A stretch of 64,000 nucleotides of DNA from a virus (Duplodnaviria; Caudoviricetes): positions 29,432 to 93,431 of IMG/VR virus record IMGVR_UViG_3300045837_000213, one strand, 5' to 3'. Both the position numbers and the translations under genes were made by a program. Positions 10,088-17,637 of the stretch are shown one piece after another. A model generated the notes under the pieces. That model searched no databases. It worked only from the letters and a program-made list of their open reading frames with translations, and had not been told where the DNA came from. Positions within the stretch are counted from its first letter, which is position 1. Every line of letters starts with the position of its first letter.

Positions 10088-13000
10088 TTACCCGGTGGCG
10101 GTCGAGGCGAGACCCGGCGAGCCGTCGAACATCTCGCAGACCTCGACGGTCAATGCGGAGGGGATCGTGCCGCCGCCCCCCGTGTTGAAGTCCTGCTGCT
10201 GCATGGCGCGCGTGTAGGTGAAGGAGCGCGCCTGCGTATGATCCACGCGCGCCTGGAGAGCGTCCTGCGCCTCGCCCGAAAGCTGACCGACGGTGGCCTG
10301 CGCCTGGTAGGGCCAGCGCACGGGCGAGACGTTGGCGACGAAGATCGGCTTCGAGAGGTCTCCGACGTAGAAGCGGATGACGCCGCTGGCGACCTCAATC
10401 GCGCACGGGGTACCTGCCACGGCGATGCGCTTCGATGAGTCGAAGGCGACTGAGCAGGGGCGCAGGTAGAGCACGCCCGACGCGACCACGGCGTCGAGAG
10501 AGCAGAAGGCCGGCGAGGGGACGAGAGCGGGGTAGCTCATCGTGAAGCTCGCGGGTGTGCCCGAGAGAGAGACAGGCGTGCCGTTCGGGATGAGCGCGAT
10601 CTGAAAGCGCCCCTCCGTGGCGTTCACGACGTAGTAAGCGCCGCTCAGGGGTGAGGCGGAGTTGAAGACCACCTGGTCGCCGTTCTGCCAGTAATGATCG
10701 GGCGCGACGATCTCATTCGTCGCCGTGTCGCGCCCGCACGCCACGGTCGCGCCCACAAGGCGGAACTGGAGCGGCGGGTAGTGCGTGCCGAGCGTGAAGT
10801 GGACTAACGAGTCGCCGTAGATGATCTGGCCGGCCTGGAAGTCGCACGTGTGCGTCGCGTCGCCCGCGGTCGAGAGCGTGCCGTCTTCCGCGACCGAGGC
10901 GATTGAGGACGTGCCGAAGAGGTACTGCCACGCGAGCGGTTCGGAGTAGCCCGTCTCGACGTAGTGCGTGCGAATCAGGGTCGCGCCGTTGAAGACGCGG
11001 ACGCGATAGACCTCGGCGACGCCGCCCGGGCCGAGCGAGCCGCGCCGGCCCTTATCCCAGGAGGCCGTCAGAGGCGAGCCGTTCGACGCGTCGAGTCGCG
11101 TGAGCTTGAGGTTCGACGGCTGCGGCAGGAAGGCGTCGGCCTGGAACGTGTACGAGGTCGCGGGCACGGTCGCGATGTCCGCGCCGGCGGCGACGAACTT
11201 ATGGTCGCGCGCGACGAGCGCCTCCGACGCGTCCACCGGCAGGAACTTGAGCGCGTCGTCCAGGACGAGCAGCCGCTCGCTCGACGAGTGCCCGCTCATC
11301 GCCGTCTGGTCTTGCGCGCGGTTGACGAGGTTCGAGAAGCGCCAGCGGTTCGCGTAGCCGCCCAGTTGCGTCGCCGTCTTGTATTGCAGGCGCTCCGACC
11401 CGACCATCAGGCGGCCCAAACCGGCCGCGATGTCCGCGTCAGTGAAGCTGGCCGTCGGCTGCACCGTCCCGTAGATGTCGGCGTCTATTGTCTCGCTCCC
11501 GGTGTTCGTCGCCGCCAACGTCGTGGCGCAGACGCCGACGCACGCGTAGCGCGTCAGGTCGCACTCCTTCCTGTAACCCGCGCCGCGGTCGACATTGACC
11601 GCGCAGCCGCGGAACGGGGCCTGCTCGTAAGAGGCGACGCCTACGTAGTAGCCCTCCTTGCCCGTCGCCGCGTCTTCCGCCGTGAGGTAGTCGGTCTCGG
11701 CGAACTGCCCGACGAGAGTCGGCGGGAAGAAGACGGCGGGCGGCGTCCACGTCGGGGGCAACAGGTTCACGGGTTCGTGGTACTGCGCGCCGGCGACGAA
11801 GACGCCCTTGAAGGCGAGCGAGCCGGGCACGGGCCCCGTCCGCTCGGAGACTCTCACCGTGTAGGTCGTGTCGCCGTCGTCTAATTCGAGAACGGTCGCG
11901 GCGGTCGCGACGAGGTACTGGTGCGGCAGGTCGAATTCGACGGCGTAGCGCCCCTCCGTCCACGCGGTCTCGCCGAGGCGCCGGGCGACCGCCGCGACCT
12001 CGTCGGGCGAGAGCGCCATCAGCGTCGTCGCCTGCTGCGGCGTCTGCGAGGTCGTCTCGTCGCGCATCCACGAGCGCGTGACGTTCATAAATTCCGCGTT
12101 CGGGTCGTAGGCCGTGAGGTCTATGCGGCGCGGCAGCTCCACGTCGTTGAGCTTGACGCTCGTTCGAACCAGCTTCGGCGCGTCGTTCGACTGCGAGTCG
12201 CCGCCCGCCTTCTGCGCGCCGAAGCCGAGGTGGTCGGGCGGCACGTGGTAGCTGGCCGCGCCCCCGCGAAGCACGGCAGTCACCGCGCCGCCTATGTGCG
12301 CGAAGTCGAAGCCCCACCGAATCTGGAGCGTCTGCGCGGCGATCTGTTTCAGCGAGGCGGGCTGCGTGACGGCCATGCCGCGCACGTAGAGAGAGGAGAG
12401 AGCCGAAAAGTCGTAGTCGGCGGTGAGCGCGCCCGAGCGCACGGCGAGGTCGTCGAGGACGGCCTGCGCCGTGATGATTGATTTCGAGCGCAGGACGGCG
12501 GTGAAGTTCGGCACCCTCTGATAGTTCGTGAGGTTGAAGCGCTCCAACACGAGGTAGCAGCGCCCCTTGTACGCGGGCGCGACCGGAAGCCCGGAGCCGT
12601 ATTCGACGGGGAACTGTGTCTGCCAGTAGGCGTCAATTATGGGGTCGGGGAGTTGCGCCTCGTTGCCGGGGTAGAAGCGGAGTGCGGAGAACGCGCCGCC
12701 GACGACCGTGGCCGAGACCATGCCCGTCGTGTCGGGCGCGGGGACGATCGAGAAGTTGGCCGCCGGGTTGTCACGGTAAACCGGGTCGAGCGGCGAGGGC
12801 GGCGCGAGGTGGTTGATCGTGGGCGGCGTGACGGGCGTCGGGTTGACCGCGCCCGTCACGCCGGGCACGCTCACCGTCAGCTTGTCGAGGAGCAGCGTCG
12901 TCGAGGAGAGATTTGTGACCTTAATCGTGTTGAGCGCGCCGGAGGCGAGCGCGAACGGCGCGGAGAAGTAGCCGAGCGCATAGACGCCGCCCGTCGAGTT

Positions 13001-13693
13001 CAACGTCGTCGTGAAGGTCGAAGTGCCGGCCGCGCCCGACCAGTCGAACCTGACCGAGACCGCCGCCGCCGCCGAGTAGAAAAAGTTGAGGCGGTAAGCA
13101 GCGCCGTTGCCGACGACGCCGTTGAATTGCAGCGACGCGTTCAGCCCCATCGAGACGGCCTTGCCGCCCGACGCCGCGGCGTCCGTGATCGTGGTCGCGC
13201 CGCCCGCCGGGGTGTTCCCCACGTATTCGGCCTCGTATGAGCCGAAGGCTTCGGGGATGCCCAGTTGCGGGCGGATGTCGTAGATGAGGTCGGCGTCGGC
13301 GTAGAGCGCGAGCAGTTCGCACTCGGTGTCGGCGAACATGATGCCGATGTCGGCCTCGTAATTGTCGTTGATGATTTGGGTCGAGCGCGCGCCCTTGCCC
13401 GACCCTTGCGTCTCGGTCGTCGTCGTCTGGAATTTCCTGATGTCGCTTAAATAGACGACGTTTCCGGCGATGCGAAACCCGTGCGCGCTCCCGTCGGGCT
13501 GCACGCCCCCATAAACCAGCGGGATCATCGAGCCGTATTCGCTATCCTGTATCTGAACAGAGCCGGAGAGTTGGCCGCGCTCCTGGGCTTTCGGCTTCGG
13601 CGTTAATAAATAATTTAATGTGAACTCCGCCGCTGAGGTTGCGGCTGCGACCGCAGCAACGAGGAGTATACTTCCTGAGATCGGATCGGCCAT
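10088..13693 (-). CDS. tail tip / host-specificity protein (GTA-like), with a CBM-like YEAE insert
   Basis: YGSMIPLVYG...RIAGNVVY, PAYKGRCYLVLE and RVPNFT motifs; follows DUF2460-DUF2163-NlpC. Confidence 0.85.
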   Translation of the reverse strand: MADPISGSILLVAAVAAATSAAEFTLNYLLTPKPKAQERGQLSGSVQIQDSEYGSMIPLVYGGVQPDGSAHGFRIAGNVVYLSDIRKFQTTTTETQGSGKGARSTQIINDNYEADIGIMFADTECELLALYADADLIYDIRPQLGIPEAFGSYEAEYVGNTPAGGATTITDAAASGGKAVSMGLNASLQFNGVVGNGAAYRLNFFYSAAAAVSVRFDWSGAAGTSTFTTTLNSTGGVYALGYFSAPFALASGALNTIKVTNLSSTTLLLDKLTVSVPGVTGAVNPTPVTPPTINHLAPPSPLDPVYRDNPAANFSIVPAPDTTGMVSATVVGGAFSALRFYPGNEAQLPDPIIDAYWQTQFPVEYGSGLPVAPAYKGRCYLVLERFNLTNYQRVPNFTAVLRSKSIITAQAVLDDLAVRSGALTADYDFSALSSLYVRGMAVTQPASLKQIAAQTLQIRWGFDFAHIGGAVTAVLRGGAASYHVPPDHLGFGAQKAGGDSQSNDAPKLVRTSVKLNDVELPRRIDLTAYDPNAEFMNVTRSWMRDETTSQTPQQATTLMALSPDEVAAVARRLGETAWTEGRYAVEFDLPHQYLVATAATVLELDDGDTTYTVRVSERTGPVPGSLAFKGVFVAGAQYHEPVNLLPPTWTPPAVFFPPTLVGQFAETDYLTAEDAATGKEGYYVGVASYEQAPFRGCAVNVDRGAGYRKECDLTRYACVGVCATTLAATNTGSETIDADIYGTVQPTASFTDADIAAGLGRLMVGSERLQYKTATQLGGYANRWRFSNLVNRAQDQTAMSGHSSSERLLVLDDALKFLPVDASEALVARDHKFVAAGADIATVPATSYTFQADAFLPQPSNLKLTRLDASNGSPLTASWDKGRRGSLGPGGVAEVYRVRVFNGATLIRTHYVETGYSEPLAWQYLFGTSSIASVAEDGTLSTAGDATHTCDFQAGQIIYGDSLVHFTLGTHYPPLQFRLVGATVACGRDTATNEIVAPDHYWQNGDQVVFNSASPLSGAYYVVNATEGRFQIALIPNGTPVSLSGTPASFTMSYPALVPSPAFCSLDAVVASGVLYLRPCSVAFDSSKRIAVAGTPCAIEVASGVIRFYVGDLSKPIFVANVSPVRWPYQAQATVGQLSGEAQDALQARVDHTQARSFTYTRAMQQQDFNTGGGGTIPSALTVEVCEMFDGSPGLASTATG

Positions 13694-13903
13694 TTTGTGA
13701 GAAAAAGAAAAATGCCAGTGGGCAGACGTAGAGGTCTGCCCCCGCTGGCATTTTCGAGGTTCCGTTTTTTCCTTGATTATAGGTCGCGGTTCGCCGTCGC
13801 GGCCCGATCAGGAGTGACGCGCGTTGCGCGCGCTGTTAATACCATGCATTATAGCCGCGCCACTTGTCAATTTGTTTCTCACGAATGGTAAAGGAGGCGA
13901 AAA

Positions 13904-14356
13904 ATGACGCGAATTTTTGCGATGGCCCTACTTTTCTCAGCCTTCGCCCTGGCGCATGGCGCTCCGCAAGTCGCCGACAGGCCAGCAGGTAAGGCCACGG
14001 TCTATTTTTACAGGCTCAAGGAGTCGGGGCCCTACATCAAGACCAAGACGAGTGTTTACTGCGACGATGAAAAGCTGGCGGAGATAGGGAACGAGAGATA
14101 TTTCGCCGCCATGCTCGAACCCGGCATTCACACGTTCAGGTCAACAGATAAGCAGAGCGGCATCGAGAAAGAATTGAAGGCTGGCGAGGTCTATTATGTG
14201 AGAATCGAAATGAATTTGACCCGGATTAAATTATTCCGCAAGCCACCTTTCAGGGTGGCGACCGTCGAGCCTGAGCAGGGTAAGTATGAGGTAAAGCGAT
14301 TGAAGCCCATAAGTGAAGGTGATGTTAAGAACCATGAGAAGGTGACATTGCGGTAA
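13904..14356 (+). CDS. DUF2846-like secreted/envelope protein (moron)
   Basis: Signal peptide; ATVYFYR...LEPGIHTF...LKAGEVYYVRI; low GC; AAGGAGG RBS. Confidence 0.7.
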   Translation: MTRIFAMALLFSAFALAHGAPQVADRPAGKATVYFYRLKESGPYIKTKTSVYCDDEKLAEIGNERYFAAMLEPGIHTFRSTDKQSGIEKELKAGEVYYVRIEMNLTRIKLFRKPPFRVATVEPEQGKYEVKRLKPISEGDVKNHEKVTLR

Positions 14357-14596
14357 TTACAATTTAGGCTCGCGCTCGTGGACGTATCTCTCAAGGCAAG
14401 TGTAGCCGTCCGCTTTGGCTTGTGCGGCGTAGCCCCTGAGCCTGGCGATGATCTGCTCCGGCGTGCCCCGCGTCGTGTCATTCAAGATCGCCGCCGCCGA
14501 GAGCACGTCACCCCGCGTAAACTCGAACTCGTCTATGACGAGGAGTAAAGCGTCCTCCAACTCCGGCCTGCCCGTGTAGTAAAACCCCCCGCTCAC
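14357..14596 (-). CDS. hypothetical protein
   Basis: GTGA overlap with the upstream HTH gene. Confidence 0.55.
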   Translation of the reverse strand: MSGGFYYTGRPELEDALLLVIDEFEFTRGDVLSAAAILNDTTRGTPEQIIARLRGYAAQAKADGYTCLERYVHEREPKL

Positions 14597-14805
14597 TTCT
14601 TCCCGCCTTTCTTTGTTGATGGCCGCCCGCCCTTATCAGGCGTGAACTCTTGAAGGTCGCGGCGTGAGATGAATTTCTTTCCCGCGATTTCAATGAATGG
14701 GAGTTTACCTTGTCTTACTAGATGGCTAATCGCCTGTTTGGTAGTGCCGCGCTCTTCCGCGGCCTGCGTGATTGTAAGGAGTTCTTCGGGGTCTATTTTC
14801 ACCAT
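14593..14805 (-). CDS. helix-turn-helix DNA-binding protein (excisionase/MerR-like), probable cassette regulator
   Basis: LLTITQAAEERGTTKQAISHLVRQGKLP; basic GGRP tail; start chosen downstream of a -10 box. Confidence 0.8.
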   Translation of the reverse strand: MVKIDPEELLTITQAAEERGTTKQAISHLVRQGKLPFIEIAGKKFISRRDLQEFTPDKGGRPSTKKGGKK

Positions 14806-14811
14806 ATACCT

Positions 14812-14932
14812 ATTATACATACCTTTTGCCGGATGACAATATGTTATGCAAATTAAATATGCGGCTTGGCAATAAATCTCTTGCCTTCCGACAAAAGGTT
14901 ATTTATAATCCTTTTGTCGCTAGACAAAAGGA
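14812..14932. promoter_or_regulatory. divergent sigma70-type promoters with repeated operator-like motif
   Basis: + strand TTGCCT(14881)-17-TATAAT(14904); - strand TTGTCA-16-TATAAT (14839 to 14812); four CCTTTTGYC/GACAAAAGG copies. Confidence 0.7.
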
Positions 14933-14945
14933 AAGGCGGGCGAAC

Positions 14946-15074
14946 ATGGAAGACAAGAAAGAGCAGAAGCAGGAGACGCCGGAGGAGCGGGCCGAGCGGC
15001 AGGAGCTTAACCGGCGGATGTTCGAGTGGTTCTACGGCTACTGCGGCCAGATGGAGACGACGGTTCTATGTTAA
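14946..15074 (+). CDS. small hypothetical protein
   Basis: First ORF after the promoter; purine-rich RBS. Confidence 0.45.
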   Translation: MEDKKEQKQETPEERAERQELNRRMFEWFYGYCGQMETTVLC

Positions 15075-15427
15075 GGAAATTTCGTCCCATTACGCTCATC
15101 ACCCCTTTACAGGCGGCCACGCTTCTCGGCGTTGACCGCGCGGAACTCTTCAGGCGTTCGGGAGTCGCGGCGCACCTGGCGAAGGTGCGCCAAGGGAAAC
15201 GCTTCTCTTTCGTCCTCGAAGAAGTCGAGGCTCTCAGAAAGGAGTTACTTATGGATTACGTGATTCTATTGGCCCGCGACCCAAGCTCGCTCGCCTCTCA
15301 GGTAAACGACCTTATCAAGCGCGGGTGGCAGCCTCAGGGCGGCGTCGCCGCGAGCGAAGTTCACGAGGAAGGGACGGCGGCAGCGACGCAGTGGGCGCAG
15401 GCGATGGTTAAGCCCCAGTCGGAGTAA
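15068..15427 (+). CDS. HTH-like domain in frame with a DUF1737-like domain (internal start at 15251)
   Basis: QAATLLGVDR; AAGGAG before ATG 15251; VNDLIKRGWQPQGGV. Confidence 0.6.
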   Translation: MLRKFRPITLITPLQAATLLGVDRAELFRRSGVAAHLAKVRQGKRFSFVLEEVEALRKELLMDYVILLARDPSSLASQVNDLIKRGWQPQGGVAASEVHEEGTAAATQWAQAMVKPQSE

Positions 15428-15458
15428 ACGAACATTCCTCAGGAAGGGAGAGGGATTC

Positions 15459-15872
15459 ATGGCACAACGGGAAAGCACGGACGATATGTATTCATTACTC
15501 AAGAGGCGTTTCGACTGCTCGGAGCGGGCCGCGCTCGTCAGGCGGAAATTCGAGGTGCTGACGGTCGGGCGCGTCTCTTACCTGATTCAGTCAATCGTCT
15601 CCGAGGAGCAGGACACCTTCAAAGAGAGGTTCAACCGCCCGATCACCTTCGAGCAGGCGAAGGAGTTGGCGTCGCGGCTCCTGACGGGCGACTTCGGCGG
15701 CGGCGACGGGCAGATTCACGCCCTCATCGAGCTAATCGTCGGGATCGCCTACGAGGAGGATCACGTCGAGCGCGAACGGCTTGCGATGAGCGCTATCCGC
15801 GAGGCGTTCTTTTTCTCGGAGGCCCACGACGAAGCTTTGAACCAATTTTTCCATTGCGGGCCGAAGCAATGA
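15459..15872 (+). CDS. hypothetical protein
   Basis: GGAGAGG RBS; coupled to the HNH gene. Confidence 0.65.
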   Translation: MAQRESTDDMYSLLKRRFDCSERAALVRRKFEVLTVGRVSYLIQSIVSEEQDTFKERFNRPITFEQAKELASRLLTGDFGGGDGQIHALIELIVGIAYEEDHVERERLAMSAIREAFFFSEAHDEALNQFFHCGPKQ

Positions 15873-16174
15873 GGCGAAGATTGACTCAGGCGGAAAAGTT
15901 GCGACGGCTCTTCCAAAGGCGTCGTATGGCTACGGCCCGGCGGATGCTACGCCGGGCCGCGTCATACGGCGTAAGGGCCGAACATGTGACCCTCGACGAG
16001 ATCATCGAGCGCGACGGAACGCGCTGCCACCTTTGCGGCTTAGAAACAGACGTGGACGATAGGACTCACGACCACGTTGTGCCTCTCGTCAGGGGCGGGG
16101 AGCATACGACTATCAACTTACGCATCGCCCACAGGCGGTGTAATTCAATGAAGGGCGGTAAGAGTCACGCCTGA
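15869..16174 (+). CDS. HNH endonuclease
   Basis: RDGTRCHLCG...DHVVPLVRGGEH...NLRIAHRRCNSMKG. Confidence 0.9.
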   Translation: MRRRLTQAEKLRRLFQRRRMATARRMLRRAASYGVRAEHVTLDEIIERDGTRCHLCGLETDVDDRTHDHVVPLVRGGEHTTINLRIAHRRCNSMKGGKSHA

Positions 16175-16193
16175 TTCTAAAACGAGTTTTCTT

Positions 16194-16273
16194 GGGCGGG
16201 CATGGCTCGGTGAGGTAGGGCAACGCATGGAACGGTTTGGCCCGGCGCAGTATGGCCTGGCAAGGCATGGTTC
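16194..16273 (+). repeat. GGY-NN pentamer array 1 (16 units; putative guide RNA)
   Basis: GGGCG GGCAT GGCTC GGTGA GGTAG GGCAA CGCAT GGAAC GGTTT GGCCC GGCGC AGTAT GGCCT GGCAA GGCAT GGTTC. Confidence 0.9.
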
Positions 16274-16288
16274 AAACGCAAAAGGAGC

Positions 16289-16918
16289 ATGAGAATGTCA
16301 AACATCGTCAAGGCGAAAATCACGATCAGGGGTATGCGTCCGCTCTTACAACATCATTTCGGGCCGGACGCGTTGCCTTTGGAAAAGCAGGAGAAAGACG
16401 GCGTGGCGGGGAACTCGCCCAACGAGTGGCGGAAGACGGCGATGGTCACTAAAGACGGCCAGCTTTACCTTGAGCCGACCTACGCCTTTGCCACAATCCG
16501 CGACGCGGCGAAGTACACGAAAAAGGGGAGAGGCTCACTCCAAACCGCCGTCGCCGCCACCCTTCAAGTGCTGGACGACAGGATTTTGATTGATAGGTTT
16601 TTTCCGGGCTTCCCGAACGGACATGCCTTCGACATCCAGAAGGTCGAGCCGCCTTCGCTCGACAGGGAGCTTCCGGTTTACCTCGACGTGCAGTCTGTGA
16701 GGAATCCGACCACCAAAGCCCGCAACGTCAGGTACAGGGTGGCCGCATCCTCCGGCTGGTCGTGTTCGTTTACGATCATGTTCGACAAGACAGTCGTTGA
16801 CCGTAACCAGATGCAAGCTGTCCTTAATGACGCCGGCACTCTCGTCGGTATTGCCGACGGCAGAAGCGTTGGGTTTGGCAGGTTTTCCGTTGAAGCTTTC
16901 GACTTCTTAGAGTCTTAA
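16289..16918 (+). CDS. stand-alone Cas7/RAMP-like RNA-binding protein
   Basis: N-terminal strand ITIRGMRPLL; WSCSFTI; C-terminal Gly-rich loop GIADGRSVGFGRF; AAGGAG RBS (start 16289 or 16295); no other cas genes in the window. Confidence 0.8.
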   Translation: MRMSNIVKAKITIRGMRPLLQHHFGPDALPLEKQEKDGVAGNSPNEWRKTAMVTKDGQLYLEPTYAFATIRDAAKYTKKGRGSLQTAVAATLQVLDDRILIDRFFPGFPNGHAFDIQKVEPPSLDRELPVYLDVQSVRNPTTKARNVRYRVAASSGWSCSFTIMFDKTVVDRNQMQAVLNDAGTLVGIADGRSVGFGRFSVEAFDFLES

Positions 16919-16921
16919 CGC

Positions 16922-16987
16922 GGTGAGGCGGGGCAGGGTTCGGTATGGCGGGGCTTGGCGGTGGCCGGGCTTGGCGAGGCAAGGTCA
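16922..16987 (+). repeat. GGY-NN pentamer array 2 (13 units; putative guide RNA)
   Basis: GGTGA GGCGG GGCAG GGTTC GGTAT GGCGG GGCTT GGCGGT GGCCG GGCTT GGCGA GGCAA GGTCA. Confidence 0.9.
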
Positions 16988-17057
16988 CATACTGAAATCT
17001 GCTTCGGTCGCTCCACGGTCGAGGGCTTCGAGTTCATAGATTCATAAAGTTCCACTC

Positions 17058-17144
17058 GGCTTGGCTGCGGCTTGGCTGGTCATGGCAGGCTTCGGCTCGG
17101 TAGGGCAAGGCGATGGCAGGTTTGGGCTTGGCTAGGCGAGGAAC
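17058..17144 (+). repeat. GGY-NN pentamer array 3 (17 units; putative guide RNA)
   Basis: GGCTT GGCTGC GGCTT GGCTG GTCAT GGCAG GCTTC GGCTC GGTAG GGCAA GGCGAT GGCAG GTTTG GGCTT GGCTA GGCGA GGAAC. Confidence 0.85.
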
Positions 17145-17146
17145 GA

Positions 17147-17443
17147 ATGCCCAAGAAGCGACAGCCGCGCGAAATCTGGCTTAAGACGAAGCGCAGAATC
17201 TACGAGCGAGACGGGGGCTTATGTCAATACCCGTCTGGCAAGCATCCTGTCGCATTTGAGGAATCACATTGCGACCACATCCAGAGCGGGAAGCGAGCAA
17301 CGAACGCCGATAGCAACCTCCGAACTCTCTGCCGGATGCATCACGTCTTGAGAGCAGATAAGCGGCACAGGGGGCTAGTTGCCGCTGCCCTCCGAGATGG
17401 TATTATTGATGCCGGCTGGCGCAGTCAGGTATGGGAAGATTGA
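17147..17443 (+). CDS. HNH endonuclease
   Basis: RDGGLCQYP...HCDHIQSG...NADSNLRTLCRMHH; GAGGA RBS before MPKKRQ. Confidence 0.85.
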   Translation: MPKKRQPREIWLKTKRRIYERDGGLCQYPSGKHPVAFEESHCDHIQSGKRATNADSNLRTLCRMHHVLRADKRHRGLVAAALRDGIIDAGWRSQVWED

Positions 17444-17452
17444 ATTTCACGG

Positions 17453-17522
17453 GGCATGGCAGTGTTCGGCTAGGGTAGGTTAGGTTCGGCAAGGCGTGGC
17501 TCGGTAAGGCGTGGCAAGGAGA
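17453..17522 (+). repeat. GGY-NN pentamer array 4 (14 units; putative guide RNA)
   Basis: GGCAT GGCAG TGTTC GGCTA GGGTA GGTTA GGTTC GGCAA GGCGT GGCTC GGTAA GGCGT GGCAA GGAGA. Confidence 0.9.
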
Positions 17523-17553
17523 AAGGGCGGATGAACTCCGCCCTTTCTATTTT
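17520..17553 (+). terminator. intrinsic terminator closing the RAMP/HNH operon
   Basis: AGAAAGGGCGGA-TGAAC-TCCGCCCTTTCT followed by ATTTT. Confidence 0.85.
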
Positions 17554-17637
17554 GAAGTGATCGGGGCGCGTTGGCTATGGCGAACCCGCGCCCCTCCGGT
17601 GATAAGAAAATGCCAGCACAACCTTACCACCAAAACT

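Noticed and set aside
13848-13870. Minus-strand TTGACA/TATAAT promoter
   Set aside because: Spacer is only 11 bp.
14657-14697. Alternative array 1 match in the HTH gene (IAGK codons)
   Set aside because: Only four consecutive dinucleotides match; the tail-tip match is far better.
17072-17146. N-terminal extension of the second HNH ORF, and the 16237-16452 ORF
   Set aside because: These are translations of the pentamer arrays; the RBS-supported starts are 17147 and 16289/16295.
16194-17522. Calling the arrays a CRISPR array
   Set aside because: No 23-50 bp repeats with unique spacers and no cas1/cas2; the period is 5 nt.
16194-17522. G-quadruplex or simple microsatellite as the sole explanation
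   Set aside because: GG runs could form two-tier quadruplexes, but that does not explain codon-phased matches of three arrays to three genes.
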